The notes under the pieces were generated by a model, which was not told where the DNA came from, made no database searches, and was given only the letters and a program-made list of their open reading frames with translations. The position numbers and the translations under genes are program-made. 64,000 bases of DNA from Hyphomicrobiales bacterium (GTDB taxonomy: Bacteria; Pseudomonadota; Alphaproteobacteria; Rhizobiales; TMED25). The DNA lies in NCBI GenBank assembly GCA_029245795.1, contig JAQWOP010000009.1, positions 11,725 through 75,724 on the forward strand, written 5' to 3'. Shown here piece by piece: positions 1 through 9,644 of this stretch. Within the stretch, counting starts at the first letter, position 1; each line of letters starts with the position of its first letter.

Positions 1-586
1 GATTAGACCAAAATGGTCAATAAATACCTTTCTTAAAACCATTTTATTGCATGGAATGCCACATTTTGAGAATTTCTTGGCTCAACGTGGCGAACCTGTA
101 TTCTCAGCATCGGTCAATAGAGACTTCGGTAAGAGATCAAATTTAAATTGGTCCCATATGAAGCAAATTCGTGATTTGTGGGATGGGAATTTAATTGTGA
201 AGGGCATCTTAAATAAAGATGATGCTATTAAAGCTTCTTCTTTTGGAGCTGATGCTATAATCATATCAAATCATGGTGGACGACAATTAGATTCAGCTAT
301 TTCTTCAATAAAGGCTTTAGAGAATATTCGTCCTCATATAAAAGATAATTGTAAGTTATTTATAGATAGTGGTTTTAGAAGAGGGACGGATGTTATAAAA
401 GCTCTATCAATTGGAGCAGACTTTGTTTTTATTGGTAGACCGTTTTTATATGCTGCATCAATTGCAGGTTTGCAGGGTGTTGAACACGCTATTAATTTGC
501 TTATGGATGAGATTGATAGAGATATTGCTTTGATTGGAATTAATAACTTAACAGAATTAAATAAACAATTGATTTATAGTTATTAA
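1..586 (+). CDS. FMN-dependent alpha-hydroxy-acid dehydrogenase/oxidase (LldD / glycolate oxidase family), C-terminal part; the 5' end lies upstream of the window
   Basis: The frame of ORF 47..586 stays open back to position 2. SNHGGRQLD and DSGFRRGTDV...GADFVFIGRPFLY align by eye with the C-terminal half of E. coli LldD. Confidence 0.8.
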   Translation, partial: IRPKWSINTFLKTILLHGMPHFENFLAQRGEPVFSASVNRDFGKRSNLNWSHMKQIRDLWDGNLIVKGILNKDDAIKASSFGADAIIISNHGGRQLDSAISSIKALENIRPHIKDNCKLFIDSGFRRGTDVIKALSIGADFVFIGRPFLYAASIAGLQGVEHAINLLMDEIDRDIALIGINNLTELNKQLIYSY

Positions 587-1552
587 TTAGAATTTTAATA
601 TTCCAGTGGAAAGGAGTTCTGATTTCATTTCCTTTTTTTTGTCTTCAGTCATTGGGATAACAGGTGGTCTAGTACCTCCACCCTTCATCCCGATTAATTC
701 TTGCCAATATTTCATTTCTGCAATTGGCATTCTACCACTATTCCAATAACCCATGATCCATTTTGCATGCAACTCTCTTAGGGGTTGTAATGTCTTTGCA
801 ATTTCCGTAGCTTTTTTGATATCACCATCTTGAGCTGCCTTAGTATATTCATTAATTGGTAGCCAATTTTTTGTTTGATATAGATGAGGATTGTAATTTA
901 CCAGCCATTGCAGGCCTAATTGTGTCATGCTTGTTAGCCATGGTGCCTCATCTGCAACTGAAATGACTAATTGATTGCCAACTGCATTTATTATAGCGTG
1001 TGTTGCTGCAGGAGATCCATCTGCCTGTTTATAACCACATATATTATCTAGCTTTGACAATCTTTTTGCAAGATTAGCTCCAATTGTATGGCATGTTTGA
1101 GGAACGTTAAACAAAATGATTCCAATATCAATATTAGTGCATATATATTCGTAAAATTGGAAGACAGCTTCATCATCTCTAGCGGCAACATATGGTGTTA
1201 AGACAATAATAAAGTCATAACCTATACTTTCAGCATGTTTTGCTATAGCAACAACTTGTTTAACGGATTGATGGTGGCACCCAGCTATTAGTGGAATTTT
1301 ACCACGAGCTTGATCATACATGACCTCATGCGCATACATTCTTTCATCATCTGGCATTGACCAAAATTCAGCTATATTCCCTGAGCAATAATGACCATCA
1401 ACCTTTATGTTATTGATAATATGGTCCATATTTGATCTATTTGCTGGTTCATCAAAGTTATCATTTTGATCCCAGCAATACGGCATCGCTGTCCAGACTC
1501 CTTTTAGTATTTCTCTGGCAGCTTCCTTTGCTTCTTTTTTCTTATATTGCAT
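587..1552 (-). CDS. DHDPS/N-acetylneuraminate-lyase family (DapA-like) class I aldolase-type protein, divergent
   Basis: 321 aa. By-eye alignment to DapA: PLIAGCHH, VLTPY, ILFNVP, and GYKQADG, which retains the Schiff-base Lys position. Confidence 0.6.
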   Translation of the reverse strand: MQYKKKEAKEAAREILKGVWTAMPYCWDQNDNFDEPANRSNMDHIINNIKVDGHYCSGNIAEFWSMPDDERMYAHEVMYDQARGKIPLIAGCHHQSVKQVVAIAKHAESIGYDFIIVLTPYVAARDDEAVFQFYEYICTNIDIGIILFNVPQTCHTIGANLAKRLSKLDNICGYKQADGSPAATHAIINAVGNQLVISVADEAPWLTSMTQLGLQWLVNYNPHLYQTKNWLPINEYTKAAQDGDIKKATEIAKTLQPLRELHAKWIMGYWNSGRMPIAEMKYWQELIGMKGGGTRPPVIPMTEDKKKEMKSELLSTGILKF

Positions 1553-1573
1553 CTTAAAATATCAAATATGTAT

Positions 1574-2494
1574 TTATTTTCCGAAAGGTACATCATCTAT
1601 ACCCTCCCTTTCTTCAAGACCTGCCATCCCTCGCAAAATTTCATAAAAAGAAACAGTATCTTTTTCTGAGTATCCCTTTTCCAGAGCTGCTTGGTAACAT
1701 TGAGATATCACTGAAGTCAGTAACATTGGGGCACCAAGTATTTGCCCTTGCTCAAGCATTAAGCGATTATCTTTTAAAGAAGTTTTCACCTGACCTTGTT
1801 TTGAATAGTCAGCATTTATCATCTTTGGTCCTTTGTCGATCATTGTTTTTGATGATGCTGCACTATCTTTTAATACTTCAAGTAAGTTGTTTTGTTCTAA
1901 ACCAGCCTTATCTCCTAGAACTAAACCTTCAGCAAGTGCAAGTCTATTTCCAGCAAGTATGAGGTTAATAACTAATTTAGTACGAGCACCAGAACCAACA
2001 GGTCCCATATGATATGCAGCTCTACTGAAACCTGAAAAATAATTTTGGCAGGCATCAAAATCTTCTTTCTTCCCACCTGATATAACAATCAAGTCTCCTT
2101 CTCGAGCCATTGCACTTGTTCCACTTACAGCTGAGTCTAAAAATTTAATACCTTTTTTCTCAAGTTCTTCTGACAGTTTGATAGAGTCTTCTGGGCGAGA
2201 TGTGGTTGTGTCACAGATATAGAGATTCTCTGTATTTGCTCCTTCAGATATGCCATTCGGACCAATTGTAGCTTCTCTTGCAATAGAACTATTAGGAAGT
2301 GACATGATTACGCAATCAACATCTTTTGCTGCATCAGCAGGCGTGTTAACTGGCGTTCCGCCATGAACTCGCAGTTCATCCATTCTTTTAGGGTCAACGT
2401 CAAATCCCTGAATCATAAATTGAGACTTTCTCATATTTAATATGAAGGCTTGACCCATCAAACCCATACCTACTATACCCACTTTTTTTACCAT
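1574..2494 (-). CDS. NAD(P)-dependent beta-hydroxyacid dehydrogenase (3-hydroxyisobutyrate / 2-hydroxy-3-oxopropionate reductase family)
   Basis: N-terminal Rossmann motif VGIVGMGLMGQAF. Length of 306 aa and overall pattern are typical of the family. Confidence 0.7.
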   Translation of the reverse strand: MVKKVGIVGMGLMGQAFILNMRKSQFMIQGFDVDPKRMDELRVHGGTPVNTPADAAKDVDCVIMSLPNSSIAREATIGPNGISEGANTENLYICDTTTSRPEDSIKLSEELEKKGIKFLDSAVSGTSAMAREGDLIVISGGKKEDFDACQNYFSGFSRAAYHMGPVGSGARTKLVINLILAGNRLALAEGLVLGDKAGLEQNNLLEVLKDSAASSKTMIDKGPKMINADYSKQGQVKTSLKDNRLMLEQGQILGAPMLLTSVISQCYQAALEKGYSEKDTVSFYEILRGMAGLEEREGIDDVPFGK

Positions 2495-2523
2495 TTTACT
2501 CCCTCTCTTTATTAAAGCTATTT

Positions 2524-3501
2524 TTATAGTTTAATTACTATTTTTCCAATTTGACTATTGTTCATCATATATTTTCGTCCATTATCTATATCATCAAAAT
2601 CAAAAACTTTGTCAATAATTGGTTTGAATTTATTTTCTCCTAAATGAGGCAAAATTTTTTCTTTAAACCCATTTACGGTAGATATGATATCCTCTTTTTG
2701 TACAAAAGCATTTGACACCCCATGCACACTTATCCGTTGTGCATGAATCTTTCTCAGATCAATTGATGCCTTATCTATTCCATCCATATAACCTACACTT
2801 ACAATAATCCCTTTAAATGTCAGAGAATCAATGGAAGCCTCAAAAACAGAACCTCCTAGACAATTAACAATTAGATTTAGCCCATTTTTAGAAAATTCCA
2901 TGATCTTCTTTGTAAGATCTTCTTCAGGTGTGAGTATTCCAAAGTCCATTCCTATATTTCTTAATTGATCAATTTTTTGACTTGAGGTAGAGGTTCCTAT
3001 AACTTTTGCTCCTAATATTTTACCAATCTGTAGTGCAGAAACGCCAATCGCAGAAGATATAGATGTGATAAGCATAGTTTGATCTTTTGATAGCTTGCCA
3101 TAAGTTATAACCGCATCGTATGCAGCTAGAAAGCTCACAGGTATAGCAGCGGCTTGCTCCCAAGTATAGCCATAGGGAATTGGCATAATTTGATATTCTT
3201 TTAAGAGTGCATATTCTGCAAAAGATCCAGATTTAGTTCCCAGAACACGTCCCATTATATTGTCTCCTGGCTTATATCCTTTAACTTTAGAACCAACGGA
3301 TATAATTTCACCAGATGCTTCTGTTCCAGATGGTTTGTCTTGTTTGCCATGCATTACACCACCAACAATAAACCCACCTCTATTTAATCCGGTTGCTTTT
3401 ACTTTTATTAAAACCTCATCTTTTTCTGGGGAGGGTTTATCCGCACTACCGGGAATTAGAATGCTATAACCATCAATAATTTTTGTAAAATAAGCTCTCA
3501 T
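2524..3501 (-). CDS. MDR-superfamily quinone oxidoreductase / zinc-type alcohol dehydrogenase-like protein
   Basis: 325 aa with a GroES-like N-terminus (VLIKVKATGLNRGG) and a Rossmann region (SSAIGVSALQIGKILGAKVIGT). Confidence 0.7.
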   Translation of the reverse strand: MRAYFTKIIDGYSILIPGSADKPSPEKDEVLIKVKATGLNRGGFIVGGVMHGKQDKPSGTEASGEIISVGSKVKGYKPGDNIMGRVLGTKSGSFAEYALLKEYQIMPIPYGYTWEQAAAIPVSFLAAYDAVITYGKLSKDQTMLITSISSAIGVSALQIGKILGAKVIGTSTSSQKIDQLRNIGMDFGILTPEEDLTKKIMEFSKNGLNLIVNCLGGSVFEASIDSLTFKGIIVSVGYMDGIDKASIDLRKIHAQRISVHGVSNAFVQKEDIISTVNGFKEKILPHLGENKFKPIIDKVFDFDDIDNGRKYMMNNSQIGKIVIKL

Positions 3502-3568
3502 ATCTATATTCTTGTAATTTTATATTTATTTATTATATAATTAAATTTTAATATTAGATAGGTGGATT

Positions 3569-4408
3569 ATGCCAAATAAAAATATTGATGGAATAAATAT
3601 TGAATATGAAATCATCGGTCAGGGAGAGCCAATCCTTGCGCTTATGCCTGGTGCGCGCAGGGGGTATCTTGAGATGATGGGTTTAGCTGAGAAAATTGCA
3701 AAGAATAATATAAGAGTTTTATTGCATGACAGAAGGAATACAGGGAAATCTGATTTATTAATTGATGACTCTGAAACTGAAGAAATAACTTGGGCTAGAG
3801 AATTAAATAACTTGTTTAAGTCATTGGATGAAAAGAATATTTTTATATCAGGATCATCTTCTGGTGCTAGAACAGCATTGATGTATGCATTAGAATTTCC
3901 AAATGATTTAATAGGTATGATAATTATGAGAGTAACAGGTGGAGAATTTGCAGCAAGAAGACTTCCTATAAATTATTATGAAGTATTTATTGAAACAGCA
4001 AAGAAGGGGGGTATGGAAGCAGTTTGTAAAACAAATAGATTTATAGAATATATAAAAACTAATCCTGCAGTAAAACAAAAGCTTCTGGAAATGGATGCAG
4101 AAGAATTCATAAATATTCAGACAAACCTATTATCCAAGTTTTTAGAAGGTGCAAATTTGCCTGTTATGGGCATAACGAAAAAAGAATTAGATTCTATTAA
4201 AATGCCATCATTAGTAATACCTGGGAATGATAACACTCATAATTCAAAAAGTGGTATCAACGCTTATAACATGCTTGGTAATAGTATGCTTCATCAATTA
4301 CCTATTGAAGATGTTGATGTTGATTTAATTTCTTGGGAAGATTGGTCGGCGTATGAAGATGAAATTGCAGAAGTAATGTCTGAATTTATAAATAAAAATA
4401 TGAAGTAA
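3569..4408 (+). CDS. alpha/beta-fold hydrolase
   Basis: 279 aa. Nucleophile-elbow-like GSSSGA follows a beta-strand; HDRRNTGKS is typical of the fold. Confidence 0.65.
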   Translation: MPNKNIDGINIEYEIIGQGEPILALMPGARRGYLEMMGLAEKIAKNNIRVLLHDRRNTGKSDLLIDDSETEEITWARELNNLFKSLDEKNIFISGSSSGARTALMYALEFPNDLIGMIIMRVTGGEFAARRLPINYYEVFIETAKKGGMEAVCKTNRFIEYIKTNPAVKQKLLEMDAEEFINIQTNLLSKFLEGANLPVMGITKKELDSIKMPSLVIPGNDNTHNSKSGINAYNMLGNSMLHQLPIEDVDVDLISWEDWSAYEDEIAEVMSEFINKNMK

Positions 4409-4447
4409 CCCTCAGCCTACTAATGTCTAGTATCTCAGTAATATTTT

Positions 4448-5692
4448 TTATTGGACAATGTGTAATTTGCGATCTTGTTTAGTAAGCAACTCATAACCAT
4501 TTTTTTTGACAATTACAGTCTGTTCAATTTGAGTTCCTCCAAGACCAAATATTTGGCAAGGATTTTCTATGCATAATACAGTGTTTTCTTCAAGGGGAAT
4601 ATCAGTTGTTTCGGGTAAATATGGACTACTCACTTTATTTTTATTACCTAGCACGTATGGTAATTCTCTCATTTCAAGCCCTATTGCATGACCAGCAAAA
4701 GTACCAGAGTGATCGGGTAGTCCGTTATCCTTAGTTCCATTTAGCATTGCGTATTGGATGTCTGAGGGAATTGCACCTGCCTTTATCACGGATAGTGCTG
4801 CACTATAACCGGCTAATGTTGCTTCCCATAATTTGATGTGCTCCTTGGAAGGTTCGCCCATTACTCCACCCCATCCTGTATCTGCTTGATAATTATGAAG
4901 GGATAATCCAGCATCAAATTTCCACATTTCTCCAGCTGCAATAATCTTTTCTGATGGAGGGAATATACCAACTGAACGACGCCCTGATCCAAAATGAAAC
5001 CATAACCATTTTCCAAGCCCATCTCCAACATTCTTTGCATAGATTCTTGCAATATCTAATTCTTTCATCCCGACCTTTATCTCATCACATGCTGCTATTG
5101 CTGATATTTCATTTAGGTCAGCCGCTAATTTCATTGCATTTATTTCATCTTTAGTTTTCACAGCTCTTATCAGCCTAAATAGGTCAGCAGAGTCTATTAT
5201 TTGACAATTAGGCAATTGTTCTATTAATTCCATCTTTGCTTTATAAGCTATCCTATCTTCGTCTAAAGCTACTTTTAATTTTCCTCCAGTCTTATCTTTA
5301 TCCTTTATGGACTTAACAAGAGCTTTAACCCCATTTGTAGATCTTTTTTTATCATTATTCTGCATATTTAAATAATTCGATTCCTCTTTTGATATTGTCA
5401 CTAGATTTTGAGGTTGAATTAATGCACTTTTGCCTCCAAAAGTATAAACATCATCTATCCATGTTTTTGATCCCGAAACATAGGTCATTTCTTGACTCGG
5501 AACGATTATTGAAGTTTTTATATCGGGATCGCGGAAGTATAAAACGAACATATCAACAGAATAAGAATAAACCTTTGGAGCCCAACTCACAGTATTACTA
5601 AGATAAGTAACATTCTCAGGAGTTGAAGCAACTAAGATATCAATTCCAAATTGGTCCATTAATTTATTTGCTCTTACATCATTAAAATACAT
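4448..5692 (-). CDS. M24-family (creatinase / Xaa-Pro peptidase-like, pita-bread fold) metallohydrolase
   Basis: 414 aa. Asp (FDAG) and a second Asp 11 residues later (ADTG), then GHAIGLE, CIENP and IEQTV match the D-D-H-E-E ligand pattern by eye. Confidence 0.65.
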   Translation of the reverse strand: MYFNDVRANKLMDQFGIDILVASTPENVTYLSNTVSWAPKVYSYSVDMFVLYFRDPDIKTSIIVPSQEMTYVSGSKTWIDDVYTFGGKSALIQPQNLVTISKEESNYLNMQNNDKKRSTNGVKALVKSIKDKDKTGGKLKVALDEDRIAYKAKMELIEQLPNCQIIDSADLFRLIRAVKTKDEINAMKLAADLNEISAIAACDEIKVGMKELDIARIYAKNVGDGLGKWLWFHFGSGRRSVGIFPPSEKIIAAGEMWKFDAGLSLHNYQADTGWGGVMGEPSKEHIKLWEATLAGYSAALSVIKAGAIPSDIQYAMLNGTKDNGLPDHSGTFAGHAIGLEMRELPYVLGNKNKVSSPYLPETTDIPLEENTVLCIENPCQIFGLGGTQIEQTVIVKKNGYELLTKQDRKLHIVQ

Positions 5693-5728
5693 AATTTTCT
5701 AATTATATTTTCTTTTAAAATAGCTTTT

Positions 5729-7396
5729 TTATTTAGTCCATGCGGTTGGAGCGAGTGCATTAATATCTCCTTCAATTTCTATAATTGATGGTTTTTTACT
5801 TTTTATTGCTTGATGAATGGCTTCTTTTATATCATTCGGATCCGTAACTTTAATTCCAAAGGCGCCCATATTATTTGCTAGTTCTGCAAAACTTACTTTG
5901 TTAAAGTACCACATTTCAGTCCATCTATTTGATGGTTTTCCGTCATATGCATTCATGAAGATATCATATTCTTGATTAAGTGCATTGTTATTGTTCACTA
6001 TGGTGATGGTAGGGATATCAGATCTTATAGCTGTTTCTAATTCAGTAAAGTGATACCATAGGCCTCCGTCACCAGTTAAACAAAAAACATTTTTTTCAGG
6101 AAATGCACATTTGGCACCCATAGCAGCAGGAAATCCCCAACCGAGAGATCCAGCACATCTAATAAACTCCCATTTTTTATTTATCCATAAATTTTGTACT
6201 GTCCACATCGCTGTATGTCCAGTATCAGAAACGACAATAGAGTCGTCAGGTAATGATTCAGAAATCTCTTTCATCATTCTTTCAGGTCTTATTGGAATAT
6301 TATTAGAGTTTCTTTGCTTCTCAACTTCATTCCTCCACTCTTTTACCAAGTCTTTTGTTCTTTTTAACCATTGATCAATAGATAGTGGCAAAATTTCTTC
6401 TTTTAATAGTAATTGAAGTGTACTTTTTGCATCACCAAGCAGACTAACGTCATTAGGGTAGTTTCTTCCAAGATCTGAGGGATCTATTCCAATTTGAATA
6501 ACTCGGACGTTCTTATCAGGAATCTTCCAAAAATGTGTAACTTGTCCTCCCGTACTTGAGCCAATATAAATCACTAGATCTGCTTCTGAGACAATTTTAT
6601 TTGAACATGATCTTGAATAAGATCCAGGCACACCAATATAGTGCTCATAGTCTTCAGGAACAAGATTATATGCTGCTACTGAGGTTGCAATAGGTATCCC
6701 AAATTTTCTTGAAAACTCAATAGCCTCATCGCCTGCACCAGATATTCTAGCTCCTCCGCCAAGGATAATAAGAGGTTTTTTTGAGGTTTTTATATGAGCG
6801 ATTGCGTCTTTTATATCTTCTACAGGAGGTAAAATTCTATGAGAGGGAGCTATAGTATAACGATTTTCTACAATTACATCTAGATCTGCATAATCATCTT
6901 CAATTTGACCATTATTACCTGCAAGCTGCAAATTTACTGGACCTGGATTACCAGAAGTTGCCTCTCGAAAAGCTTGACGCATCAGATCAGGAAGTCTCTC
7001 AACTTGATCAACTTGAAAGTTGGCTTTTGTTAAAGCTTCAAATACAGGAAAGTCATCATTCTCTTGATATGCCCCTTTATGTTTTTCCATAGATTTTCTG
7101 CCACCTGAAATTGAAATAACAGGACTATTTCCTAATAGTGCATCTCTTAATCCAGCAGCCAGATTTGCCGCACCAACGGCTTGTCCAGCGCATATACCAG
7201 GTTTGCCCGAAGCCCTGGCATAACCATCAGCCATATACGCAGCTGATTTTTCAGCATGGGCAAGGACACGTTTAATTGGCATATTATCCATTTCGGCTAA
7301 AGGCCTACTTAGTATTGTTGGCACAAAGAACACAGCATTGGTTCCTGTTTTTTCTAAAAATTTAGCTATAAATCGGCCACCTGACATTTTTGGCAT
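5729..7396 (-). CDS. thiamine-diphosphate-dependent enzyme (acetolactate-synthase-like family), substrate unknown
   Basis: 555 aa. ThDP-binding motif GDGGLWYHFTELETA...VNNNN, plus an N-terminal Pyr domain with a conserved Glu (HAEKSAAYMADGYA). Confidence 0.8.
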   Translation of the reverse strand: MPKMSGGRFIAKFLEKTGTNAVFFVPTILSRPLAEMDNMPIKRVLAHAEKSAAYMADGYARASGKPGICAGQAVGAANLAAGLRDALLGNSPVISISGGRKSMEKHKGAYQENDDFPVFEALTKANFQVDQVERLPDLMRQAFREATSGNPGPVNLQLAGNNGQIEDDYADLDVIVENRYTIAPSHRILPPVEDIKDAIAHIKTSKKPLIILGGGARISGAGDEAIEFSRKFGIPIATSVAAYNLVPEDYEHYIGVPGSYSRSCSNKIVSEADLVIYIGSSTGGQVTHFWKIPDKNVRVIQIGIDPSDLGRNYPNDVSLLGDAKSTLQLLLKEEILPLSIDQWLKRTKDLVKEWRNEVEKQRNSNNIPIRPERMMKEISESLPDDSIVVSDTGHTAMWTVQNLWINKKWEFIRCAGSLGWGFPAAMGAKCAFPEKNVFCLTGDGGLWYHFTELETAIRSDIPTITIVNNNNALNQEYDIFMNAYDGKPSNRWTEMWYFNKVSFAELANNMGAFGIKVTDPNDIKEAIHQAIKSKKPSIIEIEGDINALAPTAWTK

Positions 7397-7478
7397 TTCA
7401 ATTCCCTTAATTTTAAGTTATTAATATTTATATATTTTATTATAACATACCCTAAACCTTTAATTAAAAAAACAATAT

Positions 7479-8690
7479 ATGAACAATAAAACTGAAAAAT
7501 TAGAGGCATTAGGAGGGTTAAAAGTATTAGAATGCGCAACTGTCATTGCTGCTCCATTATGCGGAAGATTATTAGCAGATTTTGGTGCAGAAGTACTTCA
7601 TATAGAAACGCCTATAAAGGGTGATCATCTAAGAAATTTTGGATTTGAAATTGATGGGATTAATCCATGGTGGAAGACGTATGCAAGAAACAAAAAACTT
7701 ATCACACTAAATATATCAAAAGAAGAAGGAAGAAAGATATTATATCAACTACTTGAAGATACAGATATATTTATTGAAAACTTTCGTCCAGGAAGATTAG
7801 AAGATTGGGGAATAAATATTGATGAGTTGCAAAATAAATTTCCAAGACTAATTATAGTAAGAGTAACGGGTTATGGGCAAACTGGTCCATATGCAAACCA
7901 GCCAGGCTTTGGAACTTTAATGGAAGCAATGAGTGGTTTTGCTGAAATGACTGGTGAAAAAGAGGGGATGCCAACATTACCTCAATTTGCTCTTGCTGAT
8001 ACCTTCGCTGGCTTTTATTCAGCATTATCTGCAATGTTTGCTATATATAATCGTGATATACTAAAGACACAAAAAGGACAGGTGATTGATGTAAGTATTT
8101 GGGAAAGTTTATTCTCTGTACTTGGTCCAAATGCAATGGTTTATGATTTAACTGGTCAACCTCCAAAGCGTATGGGTAATAGGGCACCAACCAGCGCTCC
8201 AAGGAATACCTATAAAACAAAAGATAATAAATGGATTGCAATTGCTGGAGCAACTCAAACTACTGCTGAAAGATTGTTTAAAGTAATTGGTAGATCAGAT
8301 TTAATTAATCATCCAAAATTTTCAGATAATTCTAAAAGAGTTGTTCATGTGAATGAGCTGGATGATTATATTTCTGAATGGATGCAAAATCACACGCTAG
8401 AAGAAGCATCATCTATATTGCATAAAGAGGATGTTCCAATGGGGCCTGTATTTAATATAGAAGATATTATGAATGATGTTCATGCCAAAGCAAGAGAAAT
8501 GGTAATTAATATTTTTGATAATGGAAAGAATCTTCACACAGAAAATGTATTTCCAAAATTATCGAAGACTCCTGGGAAAATAAAACATCTTGGTAAGGAT
8601 ATGGGAGCAGATAATGAAGAAGTTTTCAAGAATCGGTTAGGGCTAAAGACAGACCAAATTAATCAGTTAAAAAAAGAAGGAATTATATAA
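7479..8690 (+). CDS. family III CoA-transferase (CaiB/BaiF/Frc type)
   Basis: 403 aa. The N-terminus LKVLECATVIAAPLCGRLLADFGAEVLHIE is the typical family III signature region. Confidence 0.85.
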   Translation: MNNKTEKLEALGGLKVLECATVIAAPLCGRLLADFGAEVLHIETPIKGDHLRNFGFEIDGINPWWKTYARNKKLITLNISKEEGRKILYQLLEDTDIFIENFRPGRLEDWGINIDELQNKFPRLIIVRVTGYGQTGPYANQPGFGTLMEAMSGFAEMTGEKEGMPTLPQFALADTFAGFYSALSAMFAIYNRDILKTQKGQVIDVSIWESLFSVLGPNAMVYDLTGQPPKRMGNRAPTSAPRNTYKTKDNKWIAIAGATQTTAERLFKVIGRSDLINHPKFSDNSKRVVHVNELDDYISEWMQNHTLEEASSILHKEDVPMGPVFNIEDIMNDVHAKAREMVINIFDNGKNLHTENVFPKLSKTPGKIKHLGKDMGADNEEVFKNRLGLKTDQINQLKKEGII

Positions 8691-8709
8691 CAAAGAAAGG
8701 AAATAAGTT

Positions 8710-9567
8710 ATGAATAAAAAACCTTTAATAACTCTCTATACTCCCGGAAATAAGCCTGAGTTAATAGAAAAAGCATCTCGCTTTGAACCTGATGGAATTA
8801 TTATCGATTTTGAGGATGCTGTTCCAATAAGCATGAAGAGTCAAGTTAGAGATAATATCGCTCAAAACATAATACCTAATCTAAATATAACAACTCTAGT
8901 CAGAGTCAATAGTGAGAAGGAATTTCTGGAAGATGATTTAAGAGCGGTAGTACATAAAAATATTTATGGTATAGCCCTTCCAATGGCAGAGTCAGTGAGC
9001 CAAGTAAAGTTTGTTGATCAAGTGCTAACAGATCAAGAAAAGAAAGTAGGGCTTGAGAAAAACTCAATAAAATTATTCTTGTTAATAGAAACAGCTTTAG
9101 GAGTTATCAAATGTTACGATATTTGCAGTGCTGCTGAAAGAGTTGAGTCTATAGTATTTGGGAGTGCTCAGGATGGAGATCTCCAAAGAGACTTAAGGTC
9201 TGATTGGTCAATTGAAGGTTTTGAATTAAACTATTCTAGATCTAGGTCCTTAGTAGAAGCAAGGGCTGCAAAACTTCCATATATATTAGATGGTGCATAT
9301 GGTGGAATAAAGGATCTCGAAGGTTTAAAGGCAGAATGTGAATTAAGTAAAAAGATAGGATATGATGGAAGGACCTTGATTCATCCAAGTCATATCAAAA
9401 TTGCGAGAGAAGCATATGAGCCAGATCCAAAAGAAATTGAGTTATACACAAGAATGGTCATAGCTTTTGAGGAGGCTATTGAGAATGGGCAAGCAGCAAT
9501 TACATTTGAAAATAAATTAGTAGATTATGCGATGTATAAGAAAGCTAAAGATTTTCTTGATATATGA
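8710..9567 (+). CDS. CitE-like (HpcH/HpaI / citrate lyase beta family) acyl-CoA lyase
   Basis: 285 aa. DFEDAV motif near the N-terminus, plus LIETA and IHPSH regions typical of CitE/malyl-CoA-lyase-type proteins. Confidence 0.75.
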   Translation: MNKKPLITLYTPGNKPELIEKASRFEPDGIIIDFEDAVPISMKSQVRDNIAQNIIPNLNITTLVRVNSEKEFLEDDLRAVVHKNIYGIALPMAESVSQVKFVDQVLTDQEKKVGLEKNSIKLFLLIETALGVIKCYDICSAAERVESIVFGSAQDGDLQRDLRSDWSIEGFELNYSRSRSLVEARAAKLPYILDGAYGGIKDLEGLKAECELSKKIGYDGRTLIHPSHIKIAREAYEPDPKEIELYTRMVIAFEEAIENGQAAITFENKLVDYAMYKKAKDFLDI

Positions 9568-9589
9568 GTTTTAGCATAGTTTAAAGAAC

Positions 9590-9622
9590 AAAAAAAACCC
9601 AGCAATTAAGCTGGGTTTTTTT
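9590..9622. terminator. bidirectional rho-independent terminator between convergent genes
   Basis: A8 run, CCCAGC stem (9598-9603), AATTAA loop, GCTGGG stem (9610-9615), then T7 run. It reads as a hairpin plus U-tract on both strands. Confidence 0.75.
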
Positions 9623-9644
9623 GTTTCTAAATTTAGTATGGTAA

